Shown here: one piece after another, positions 1-7,300 of the stretch
Numbering within the stretch: the stretch's first letter is position 1
Layout of the letters: each line of letters starts with the position of its first letter
IMG/VR virus record: IMGVR_UViG_3300008050_000185
Coordinates: 1-30,844 of that record
From: a virus
Taxonomy: Duplodnaviria > Caudoviricetes
DNA length: 30,844 nt
Reading direction: 5' to 3' (one strand)
Notes under the pieces: model-generated
The model's input: the letters and a program-made list of their open reading frames with translations, nothing else
The model's database searches: none
What the model was told of the DNA's origin: nothing
Translations under genes and position numbers: made by a program

Positions 1-980
1 GCACCAATTGCATTCGGCGCAGCGTCAAAGTTATCATACATAGCCCAGGTAGCACCCGTAACAGCCAGCAACGAAGCCGACAGGTCATTGGTCGTCTCTG
101 ATCCTGTTGCGGCAACAACCACATATAGATCAGTATTGACGTTGGTAGTCGGCGCAATACCGTCGCGATCATCGCGAGTCAAGCGTCGAACTTGCATACC
201 AGCACCGGTACCAGGGCCACCAGCCCCTCCAGGGATTGGGTCAAAGGTAATAGTGACATAATCTTTGACGTTAAGCTGACCACCAGGCTCAATTAAGAAT
301 TGGGCCAGAGGGATAATTCCCACAGCCGCATTGGATCCAGAAAGATCCGGGTCAAAGCGCACCAACGCATCACCTAGAGATGCATAAGTGTTACCATTAA
401 ACATGGTCGGAGTACCAGTCCAGTTGGCGGCGCCAACAGTACCAGATGCAACAACGGCTACAGTAAGACCACTAGAAGAACCAGTTGGAGAAGAATAGCC
501 GTTATTCAGAGAATAAAAACTCTCTTCAGCGAGAGCACCAGCCAGTGAAATACCACCAGTAATTTGGGCGCCGATTGCTCCACCACCATAAAGTGATGTA
601 CCATCCGGATATCCCAAGCGATGATTCAAAGCCGGGTCCTGTTCATCAATAGTGAAGTCCAGGAAGAAAATCAGACCAGAGGGTAAACTCATAGGCTGAA
701 CGCTAACTAAATCGTTAGCAATAAGTCCACCAAATACTCGGCGGACAATGGGAAATGCTACAGATGCGAAACCCTCCACGTTTCCACCAGCCATAGTGCT
801 GGTTTCACGAAGAAGCTCCTTTGCTTGGTTCTCAAGCAATACTGCCATTCCATGTTGGCCTCGTTCGTTGCCCATCCCTTCTAAGAGACCGGTGCGTTTC
901 CACTTATTTAAAAGTGCTTCACCGTCCTTCGAAAGATCGCGACGAACAATGCCTTCAGTTAGTTTTTTTAAAACAGACAT
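1..980 (-). CDS. gp23: T4 gp23-like major capsid protein, 5' part (runs off left edge)
   Basis: Not in the ORF track. ATG at 980 with SD AAAGGAG; the frame is open to position 1 and reads MSVLKKLTEGIVRRDLSKDGEALLNKWKRTGLLEG...MAVLLENQAKELLRE...VAFPIVRRVFGGLIANDLVSVQPMSLPSGLIFFLDF. The KW..LLEG, LLENQ and VRR..P/VQPM..P.GLIF motifs are typical of gp23. It lies directly downstream of the scaffold gene. Confidence 0.96.
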   Translation of the reverse strand, partial: MSVLKKLTEGIVRRDLSKDGEALLNKWKRTGLLEGMGNERGQHGMAVLLENQAKELLRETSTMAGGNVEGFASVAFPIVRRVFGGLIANDLVSVQPMSLPSGLIFFLDFTIDEQDPALNHRLGYPDGTSLYGGGAIGAQITGGISLAGALAEESFYSLNNGYSSPTGSSSGLTVAVVASGTVGAANWTGTPTMFNGNTYASLGDALVRFDPDLSGSNAAVGIIPLAQFLIEPGGQLNVKDYVTITFDPIPGGAGGPGTGAGMQVRRLTRDDRDGIAPTTNVNTDLYVVVAATGSETTNDLSASLLAVTGATWAMYDNFDAAPNAIG

Positions 981-1007
981 TGATTAATTCTCCTTTATTG
1001 TTAATAA

Positions 1008-2033
1008 TCATTTGTTTTTAATGCCAGCCAAGATTTGCATTCGGGACACTTCTGGCCCTTCTGTTTCTCTCGGCTCTCGTCTCAAGGAAACGCTGGAAGT
1101 TCTCTGGATTACTTCGCGGAGTGATTTTGGTTGCTTTCGATTAGGAAGGCTACCCACTGCGCTTTGAAGGGTTTCAAAGATTACCTTTGCTTCTTCGATT
1201 GAATCGGCGTTGGACAAGGATTCAACAATTTTTAATTTTTGTCGCTCATTCAGGGAGTTATTTGTCAAAACTCGATTCGTGTAAAGTAATCTCGCATTCG
1301 AAAGATTAACTTTATCAAACTTTTCTTGAAGGTTGCGGATGGCTCTAAGCAGTTTTTTGTTGGTAGAAACTAATTTTTTTCTATCCTCTGCGAGTCTTTC
1401 CGCTGCACTTCGTAAATCTTGTAGCTCTGCTTGGCGCGCGGTGTCGGCGATCGAAGCTAGCTTTAGTTGGTCTTGGTGATTTAATACACCATCGGGAGTA
1501 AATTTGCCAGTACCAATACTTTTGGGGTCTATGTCGACAATTAATTCTTCTAAAAGGTCGGCGATGTCGATTTCTTCGTCATCGCCCTCTTGGAGAGTAG
1601 CAGTGACCGGAACCGACGAAACTGGCGGCGCTCCATCGAAAGAAGGTGGGGGTTGCTGTCCGTCGAGGGGTGCGGCCACCTCGTGGGAGATGGGATTACC
1701 CATATCCTCATCTGTTAACTTATCCACCAGGGCGCTCAGTTTATCCATATCTAGATGAATAACGTCCGTTTCGCTTTCTGGTGTGGCTCCTATGGGAATA
1801 GTGTCCAATGTTTCCGAGTCTTCCATGCCACTCGACTCTTCTTCGTCGCCAAGGCCTCCAAGTCCAACATCTTCAGCGCCAAACTCCAATTCTCCTTCTT
1901 GCTCGAAGAGAGTTTCAACGGCTTTTTTAATATCCGTAGCATATTTCTCAATGACCGCGCTTTCGGCGTTCTTGATGGCAGCCTCTTTTAGGGCCGCCGC
2001 GTCAACAATGGCCTGATCTAATAATGATGACAT
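1008..2033 (-). CDS. Prohead core scaffolding protein (gp22-like)
   Basis: 341 aa, acidic, low-complexity middle and coiled-coil C-terminal half (VNLSNARLLYTNRVL...ERQK...RMQILAGIK). Immediately upstream of the MCP, with many L/I-x-E motifs; SD GAGGGA. Confidence 0.8.
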   Translation of the reverse strand: MSSLLDQAIVDAAALKEAAIKNAESAVIEKYATDIKKAVETLFEQEGELEFGAEDVGLGGLGDEEESSGMEDSETLDTIPIGATPESETDVIHLDMDKLSALVDKLTDEDMGNPISHEVAAPLDGQQPPPSFDGAPPVSSVPVTATLQEGDDEEIDIADLLEELIVDIDPKSIGTGKFTPDGVLNHQDQLKLASIADTARQAELQDLRSAAERLAEDRKKLVSTNKKLLRAIRNLQEKFDKVNLSNARLLYTNRVLTNNSLNERQKLKIVESLSNADSIEEAKVIFETLQSAVGSLPNRKQPKSLREVIQRTSSVSLRREPRETEGPEVSRMQILAGIKNK

Positions 2034-2062
2034 ATATAATTCCCTCTAGAAATTTACTCATC

Positions 2063-2072
2063 ATTAAATAGT
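2063..2072 (-). promoter_or_regulatory. Putative late promoter motif ACTATTTAAT upstream of scaffold/MCP
   Basis: Member of the recurrent ACTAWTTAWW motif; intergenic, 29 nt before the scaffold ATG. Confidence 0.6.
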
Positions 2073-2110
2073 ATTTCGAAAGACGAAAATACTCTTTTTA
2101 TGAGATGTTT

Positions 2111-2560
2111 TTACGGGTCCGTTAATCCAGAGCCCGTCAAACTAAACATCTCTGTTGGGTCAATACCTGTTAATTCAGCAAATAACTCGAAAGATCCATC
2201 GCCTCCGCCCGAGCCGGTCCCTGCCACATAAATTTCGCGGCACTTAACATCAAAAGTAACCGAGTCTTTATTACTCGGGAGAGTAATATAATGGAGTCCC
2301 GTGATGGGCGCCGCAGTCGGATAGGTCTGGGTGCAGTCGGGACACCAACTATCGACGGGATTAGAGGCATTAAAGTAAACGCGCAAGCCAACCGCACTGG
2401 TATTAATTACTGTCACGCTTTTAGCTACCGTGGGGAATTCTACCTTAACCTCGCCATTTCCAGCGGCTGATACATCTACATCGCTACCAGTTATAAATGG
2501 ATAACCCGAAACCTGATATGATCCCACATTATGCAACCCGTTTTTATAATAAATTGCCAT
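2111..2560 (-). CDS. Hypothetical virion (head-associated) protein, beta-rich
   Basis: 149 aa, GLHNVGSYQVSGYPFITGS N-terminus, G/S/T/V-rich, internal CPDC; SD AGGAG; located in the head module. Confidence 0.6.
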   Translation of the reverse strand: MAIYYKNGLHNVGSYQVSGYPFITGSDVDVSAAGNGEVKVEFPTVAKSVTVINTSAVGLRVYFNASNPVDSWCPDCTQTYPTAAPITGLHYITLPSNKDSVTFDVKCREIYVAGTGSGGGDGSFELFAELTGIDPTEMFSLTGSGLTDP

Positions 2561-2571
2561 TGAAACTTCTC

Positions 2572-2817
2572 CTACCTCTTTCTACTATAATTAGTTTGTT
2601 GTTTTTCTTTATTCTCTTCATTCGCTTTTTTAATAAGGCGATCCCTATTTTTTCTCTGTTTTCGGCGCTTTTCGGAGGGTTTTTCATATCTCAATTTTTC
2701 TCTACAGGTTTCGACAATCTTATATTTTTTAGTTTTTTTAATAAATCTTTTGATCATTCGTTGGGGAGTATCATTTCTCCGTGGTCGGATAACCACATGT
2801 GCTGGTTTTTTAGACAT
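2572..2817 (-). CDS. rpsU: Phage-encoded 30S ribosomal protein bS21
   Basis: 81 aa, very basic. VVIRPRRNDTPQRMIKRFIKKTKKYKIVETCREKLRYEKPSEKRRK matches the bS21 pattern (V.V...E.....L+RFK+......+....+.+.YEKPS..R+). SD GGAGGT; TAATG coupling to the upstream gene. Confidence 0.88.
   Translation of the reverse strand: MSKKPAHVVIRPRRNDTPQRMIKRFIKKTKKYKIVETCREKLRYEKPSEKRRKQRKNRDRLIKKANEENKEKQQTNYSRKR
2586..2595 (-). promoter_or_regulatory. Putative late promoter motif ACTAATTATA inside the bS21 3' end
   Basis: Exact copy of the 10-mer also found at 9635, 12831 and 26891; 25 nt before the ATG at 2560. Confidence 0.6.
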
Positions 2818-3059
2818 TATTTCTTCTTTACCTCCGTCAGAGTAACAGTTCCCTGTCTGATTTTTCCGGTGGAATATTTAACTTTAAAGGTCAGTTGGTT
2901 GGTTTTTTCATCGAGAAAAATAGTCATATTGGCTTCTTCCAAAGAATCATTTTCCATTTCTTGAGAGATATTTATTTCGATGGATCCATCTACCACTAAA
3001 TCTCCCTGAATTCTGTTATTTTGTTCAGTGCCGAACGGCGCGCCTCTAAAGTATCCCAC
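2817..3059 (-). CDS. Small hypothetical virion protein (paralog group with the 3071 and 3493 ORFs)
   Basis: 80 aa, GTG start with SD TAAGGAG; N-terminus FRGAPFGTEQNNRIQGDLVVDG resembles those of the two upstream ORFs. Confidence 0.6.
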   Translation of the reverse strand: MGYFRGAPFGTEQNNRIQGDLVVDGSIEINISQEMENDSLEEANMTIFLDEKTNQLTFKVKYSTGKIRQGTVTLTEVKKK

Positions 3060-3070
3060 TTTTCTTCTCC

Positions 3071-3493
3071 TTATATTGTTCCATTAAAATACTCCACGAT
3101 CAGCCATCGAGTTCCATTATTATAGAGGGTCACACTCTGCCACGCATTGTAGAAGCGCATGCCTGATAGCAACGGATAATCATCAATCTGGGCTTCGTTC
3201 CCAACAATTACTATTCGGTTGGCGGATTCGTCGCGTTTAAAAGTAACCGTGAGCCCGAGGGGTACCGTGGTTATAAGAGGCAAATGCACAGACCACTGTC
3301 CAACCACCAATGCCGCGTTTAGATTAATGAGGGGGGTCGTAATAGAAAGTAATTCAATAGATGGCGAGGCGCCTTGGCCCCGTAAAAAAAGAGTATCAAG
3401 GATGGTGTCGGCGTTGACTTCACAAGTGCCATTGATGGTGTTTATGGCATCTTGGCCAAAAGTGGTTGGTCTAAATTTACGCGTTCGGCTCAT
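3071..3493 (-). CDS. Putative head decoration/short fibre protein
   Basis: 140 aa; C-terminal LP....G...TFK...ID...SVTLYNNGTRWLI beta-domain pattern seen at phage fibre ends; paralog of 3493..3900. Confidence 0.55.
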   Translation of the reverse strand: MSRTRKFRPTTFGQDAINTINGTCEVNADTILDTLFLRGQGASPSIELLSITTPLINLNAALVVGQWSVHLPLITTVPLGLTVTFKRDESANRIVIVGNEAQIDDYPLLSGMRFYNAWQSVTLYNNGTRWLIVEYFNGTI

Positions 3494-3900
3494 TAAATCG
3501 TCCCATCAAAATATCTTATGATATTCCAAACTGTTCCATTACTACAAAGAGTTACAGCTTGCCAAGGGTCGCGTAGGCGGCAATTAATACCTCCATCTAC
3601 ACCTTGTCCTGGTGCGGCGCCGTTGATAAACACTCGACTTCCTGGCCAAGCGGTATCCGTCGAAATTTTGAAAGAAATAGTGTGGCCCACCGCAACATCG
3701 GCTATATCGGGCAACATTAAAATGATAGTAACCGGCGGTGGCGACGGGATATCAATAAGAACTAAGCTTGTGTTGACTGGGATTGTATCGTTTCCCGTAA
3801 CGGTGATCGAGTTAACCACCATGGCACCACCAACTGTTAGCGCGCCAGTAACGATATTATTCTCTGCATTCCCAAACCTCGCGGGCTTAAAGTCACTCAT
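3493..3900 (-). CDS. Putative head decoration/short fibre protein
   Basis: 135 aa; LPD...VGHTISFK...VDG...AVTLCSNGTVWNI pattern; SD GGGAGG. Confidence 0.55.
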   Translation of the reverse strand: MSDFKPARFGNAENNIVTGALTVGGAMVVNSITVTGNDTIPVNTSLVLIDIPSPPPVTIILMLPDIADVAVGHTISFKISTDTAWPGSRVFINGAAPGQGVDGGINCRLRDPWQAVTLCSNGTVWNIIRYFDGTI

Positions 3901-3940
3901 TCTTCCTCCCTCATGCTGCTCATAAATAATTCCATGTTCC

Positions 3941-4372
3941 TTAAATCAGGTGCTTCCAATTCTTGCCGCCAGCCATCTGCATAAGGCCGCTGATGTCCAC
4001 GCCGGCGTCGTTCGGCGCGTAGGTCGCCAAAGGACTTTGAGCCTTGGGGCGCCCAACAGTACCTCCTCGGGTAAGAGGAGTGGTCTCGCTGAGAATCCCC
4101 TTGAATTGAGAACCCATAGACTCTTCTAGTTTTCTTTTACTCTCCTGAAGAGATTGAAGGAATTCTGGGTCTGGGTCGACTGATTCGGTAGGGGTCGACT
4201 TGTCTGGGGGACTTGCTGCGTATTGAGTATGTTCCCTGATGACTTGTTGTGGGCCGAGACCCTGAACTACTTCGCTTATCAAACCGGATAGAACTCCGTC
4301 TTCAAATATTACCTCTTTTATACATTCTTTAATAAGAGGTTTTAAAATTTTTTTTAATTCACTTTTTTTCAT
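3941..4372 (-). CDS. Hypothetical prohead core/internal protein
   Basis: 143 aa; N-terminal MKKSELKKILKPLIKECIKEVIFE helix with repeated I/L-x-E; ATGA coupling to the upstream gene. Confidence 0.6.
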   Translation of the reverse strand: MKKSELKKILKPLIKECIKEVIFEDGVLSGLISEVVQGLGPQQVIREHTQYAASPPDKSTPTESVDPDPEFLQSLQESKRKLEESMGSQFKGILSETTPLTRGGTVGRPKAQSPLATYAPNDAGVDISGLMQMAGGKNWKHLI

Positions 4373-4914
4373 TTTTTTTCTTTTTGCGCTTCAAATTTGG
4401 GGTTACAAAACTCATACTGCTCTTGAGACCTAATATTGCGCTGATCATAACAATCAGCTGGGTCGAACTCTCCGCTGTCCTCGGAAATATCCGCTGGGGC
4501 TGGAGGTCCAGCGTCTGGTTCGGGTTCTCCCGCCGTTTGTGGGATGTTTAACTCTCCCGTCATTTGAGACCAACCTGACCAGCCAGGGAAATCAGGATGG
4601 GATGAAACTTGTTGTTTTAATTCTGATTTGATCGCTTCGCCCTCTCTCTCCATCTGATCTTGAGTGTATCCTAAACTAGAAAGCCATTGTAAAAACTCTG
4701 GTTCTCGTCTACTTTTCTTCATCGCATTATATACAATGTAAAGTCCTTTGTCAATATCGCTATCAAAATGAATTGTCATTCGTCCGAAGCGCGGGTCCGG
4801 ACGACCGGGAATGGGTGACACTTCTCCGTGAATTCCTTCTCCCTCGCTTAGAAAGCCTCTCCAGCTTTCCGTTAATAGTTGTTGTTTTTTAAAACTTGAA
4901 TATTTCTTACTCAT
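4369..4914 (-). CDS. Hypothetical internal head protein with propeptide-like N-terminus
   Basis: 181 aa; N-terminus QQLLTESWRGFLSE; SD TAGGAG; immediately follows the protease. Confidence 0.55.
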   Translation of the reverse strand: MSKKYSSFKKQQLLTESWRGFLSEGEGIHGEVSPIPGRPDPRFGRMTIHFDSDIDKGLYIVYNAMKKSRREPEFLQWLSSLGYTQDQMEREGEAIKSELKQQVSSHPDFPGWSGWSQMTGELNIPQTAGEPEPDAGPPAPADISEDSGEFDPADCYDQRNIRSQEQYEFCNPKFEAQKEKK

Positions 4915-5526
4915 TTATTTATCTCCTAAAATATCGTTCAAAGCTCGATTGATTCTATCTGCTTTAGTAAAAATGTTGGGCTGCGATAAGGATCGGCCCT
5001 CTTTTAATTGCATAAAGGCATTGGGGGTCGACGGCTCAGATACGAAATCAAAACAAATTAATTGGAAATCGTCCTCTACCATGGTCCCCTCCCTCCCTTC
5101 AGTGACAGAGCCGAGTCCACGGGAAGAGATGCCTAGTTTAACGCCCGAATCTACCAATGAGCGGAGAATTTTTCCCGCCGGCGTATCCAAGACTTTAGCC
5201 TTTCCCATCACCTTTGGCCCATCCATATAGATATTAACAATCATGTGGGATGCGTTTTTAAGATTTATAACCGAGTCGTCGGGATGGTCTAGTTCCCCGA
5301 GCGCGCGCCGTTCGTCGACCAATTTTTGATAATTCTTTATTTCACGCTCCAACACCTCGGTGGGATAAATCCGGCCATTGCCGTTTTTCTTTCCCCCGCA
5401 TTGGAGCATCCCGGTGAGATACATCCCTCCATTGGCGACCTCGGCTTTTTCGGCCTCCGTCAGCAAATCCTGACAAACCGCGCCGTCACAAAGTTCATAA
5501 TATTCTCTCAATAAGACTTTTGACAT
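4915..5526 (-). CDS. gp21: Prohead core protease (T4 gp21-like)
   Basis: 203 aa; NGNGRIYP, ALGELDHP (catalytic His), SH, LDTPAG, LGISSRGLGS (catalytic Ser), DFVSEPSTPNA. Confidence 0.96.
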   Translation of the reverse strand: MSKVLLREYYELCDGAVCQDLLTEAEKAEVANGGMYLTGMLQCGGKKNGNGRIYPTEVLEREIKNYQKLVDERRALGELDHPDDSVINLKNASHMIVNIYMDGPKVMGKAKVLDTPAGKILRSLVDSGVKLGISSRGLGSVTEGREGTMVEDDFQLICFDFVSEPSTPNAFMQLKEGRSLSQPNIFTKADRINRALNDILGDK

Positions 5527-5540
5527 ATTTGTATCCCTTT

Positions 5541-5570
5541 TAAATTAAAACGCGGGCGCAACCCGCGCGC
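5541..5570 (-). terminator. GC-rich hairpin with short U tract (intrinsic terminator-like)
   Basis: Minus strand reads GCGCGGG-TTGCG-CCCGCGT-TTTAATTT: a 6-bp all-GC stem plus a G-U pair, followed by an interrupted U run. Confidence 0.6.
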
Positions 5571-5634
5571 GTATGCACCCGTTTTTACAGAGTCGAACAG
5601 GTTGGAGCATCCATCTTTTTAGTGTTTCTAACAT
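5545..5634 (-). CDS. Unannotated 29-aa peptide MLETLKRWMLQPVRLCKNGCIRARVAPAF
   Basis: ATG at 5634, 3 nt after the upstream TAA; SD-like GGGGGTGAT; fills the gap between the 98-aa gene and the protease; below the ORF-track size cutoff. Confidence 0.6.
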   Translation of the reverse strand: MLETLKRWMLQPVRLCKNGCIRARVAPAF

Positions 5635-5637
5635 TTC

Positions 5638-5934
5638 TTAATCACCCCCTTTCTGGTAATGTATGTTTAAGCCACAATCACCGAAAATCATATTTAAAAT
5701 ATATGAAGTTCCGGAACTTACCCATCCACAAATTAAAAAATTCATAACTGTAAGTTCATAGGTAAATAGTTCTGTCCAGGGATTAACGCCGCACAAAAAT
5801 AGACCAACCCAAAATCCGATGCACATGGGACAAGTCCAAAAATATCCTTCGGGGCGGATTTTGCCAAAAATCTTACCATAACAGAGAAGCTGCGTAAGGC
5901 CATAGGCTGCTAAGGCAAAATAAAGGAGATCCAC
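5638..5934 (-). CDS. Small membrane protein with CPMC motif (DUF1360-like)
   Basis: 98 aa, about three hydrophobic segments, CPMCIGFW motif; GTG start overlapping the upstream TAG (TAGTG). Confidence 0.6.
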   Translation of the reverse strand: MDLLYFALAAYGLTQLLCYGKIFGKIRPEGYFWTCPMCIGFWVGLFLCGVNPWTELFTYELTVMNFLICGWVSSGTSYILNMIFGDCGLNIHYQKGGD

Positions 5935-6479
5935 TATTTCTTCTTCTGGTGTTCTAGCATGTAACTCATCCAGTAGGGAGCATAATTATAACCTGGTCTA
6001 ATGGTACCCTTTTGGGCGGCTTGCGGAACTTCTCCGAGCGCCGTCGAATCCTCTTCGGTGGGCTCTACCAAGTGATCGTCCATCATTTCTTCATAATCCT
6101 TGATATAATCCATGTAGGGCTTTTCTTCTTTTAAAAATTCAGAGATTCCATAGAGAACGTAACTTAGAGTGTCGTAATCTTCGTTTTTCGCTTCTGCTAT
6201 GAGCGCTTCTATCGATCCAAAAATGTTGCCCCCCCGAATAGAATCCAAAACAATGAGACCTTTTTGCCTCAAGTATTCAAACAATCGATTTTGGGAATCG
6301 TAAAGAGAATCCGTCGCTTTCTTTTTGGGAAAGGTGAGGATCTTTTTCTCTTTAAGGAGCAACGCAATGTCCATATCATCGTGATCATATATTAATATAT
6401 TGCCATCCAGAGTCTGGCGCGCCTCCAGTTGTAGCACTACTTCTTCTTTTTTGCGTCCAACTTTAATTGTGATGGCCAT
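5934..6479 (-). CDS. Hypothetical protein (portal-protease interval)
   Basis: 181 aa; TAATG-coupled; acidic C-terminal part (STALGEVPQAAQKGTIRP). Confidence 0.7.
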   Translation of the reverse strand: MAITIKVGRKKEEVVLQLEARQTLDGNILIYDHDDMDIALLLKEKKILTFPKKKATDSLYDSQNRLFEYLRQKGLIVLDSIRGGNIFGSIEALIAEAKNEDYDTLSYVLYGISEFLKEEKPYMDYIKDYEEMMDDHLVEPTEEDSTALGEVPQAAQKGTIRPGYNYAPYWMSYMLEHQKKK

Positions 6480-7300
6480 TAGCTTTCCATCTCCTTGACT
6501 AAACCTTGGATTTTTAAGATCTCCTGAATGAATTCAGTGTTGACTTGGCGTTTGGAAGTAGTATTTAAAATCTCCAGCACCTTCTGGGTCTTTTCGACCA
6601 TCGATCCATCTTCTTGGATTTCTTTTAATTGAAGGGATTTATGGACCACCTTTTTCAATCGAGAAATCTCCTCGTTTAAATAAACTCGCATTTCGGCGCC
6701 GTCGTCGGAGAAAGAAGAGATATACTTATTAAGAAGAGTTTTTTGCTCCAACATCAAATTATCATTATATTTCTCGTTAAAGCCCTTAATGAATGTTTTA
6801 AGAGTCAGATTATTGATATGCTGCATCAGTGGCTTATCTTTGTGTTCGACAATTACCATTTGATTTAGGATTTGACTCTCTAGTAAAACGCGTTGTTTAG
6901 TTTTGGTCCCAGAATTAAAGATTTGGTAAACAGTGGCTACATTCCGGTAGTTAGGAATAAAAATTGTAAAAGCATCTTTAGAAATTTCCTGATTGATTTT
7001 CTTTATAAGCGCGCTTTGTTCTTTAAATAATTGTCTCTCATCAATCGTACACCGTTGCATTCGGCATTCAAAGATAAGTTTCTCGGCGGTGGGCCGGTCC
7101 AGACCCGATGTATCTAAAATAGATTTATATAATTCGAGATCACGCGCCAGGGCGCTATTTCCCTTAAAGTTCTCCTTAATAAGAGATAAAATCATTTTCT
7201 TTTTAGGAGAGTCTTTGTCCATAATTGCTTTTGTAAGCTCTCGTATAAGAACTTCGAAAATAAAAGCGCTGTTGCGTTTCTTATTATGCTTCATTTTCAT
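6479..7300 (-). CDS. Hypothetical helical prohead core-like protein
   Basis: 273 aa, Lys/Leu/Glu-rich, KHNKKRNSAFIFEVLIRE N-terminus; overlaps the portal end. Positionally equivalent to the core genes between gp20 and gp21. Confidence 0.65.
   Translation of the reverse strand: MKMKHNKKRNSAFIFEVLIRELTKAIMDKDSPKKKMILSLIKENFKGNSALARDLELYKSILDTSGLDRPTAEKLIFECRMQRCTIDERQLFKEQSALIKKINQEISKDAFTIFIPNYRNVATVYQIFNSGTKTKQRVLLESQILNQMVIVEHKDKPLMQHINNLTLKTFIKGFNEKYNDNLMLEQKTLLNKYISSFSDDGAEMRVYLNEEISRLKKVVHKSLQLKEIQEDGSMVEKTQKVLEILNTTSKRQVNTEFIQEILKIQGLVKEMES

Noticed and set aside
2572-2817. bS21 as host contamination or a chimeric join
   Set aside because: It overlaps the upstream phage gene (TAATG) and carries the phage motif and the next gene's SD in its own 3' end.
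4361-4385. A-rich gene junction (also 27961-27981) as a programmed frameshift site
   Set aside because: Explained by Lys codons around a standard ATGA overlap; no stimulatory structure seen.
4369-5526. Readthrough fusion across in-frame TAA-ATG junctions (4915/4914; also 11398/11397 and 17510/17506)
   Set aside because: Each downstream gene starts with an ATG right after the stop; two have an SD and the third has a double stop, consistent with ordinary coupling.
5545-5580. Hairpin as a SECIS element for a selenopeptide
   Set aside because: The codon just upstream of the stem is TGC (Cys); the small ORF has no in-frame TGA.
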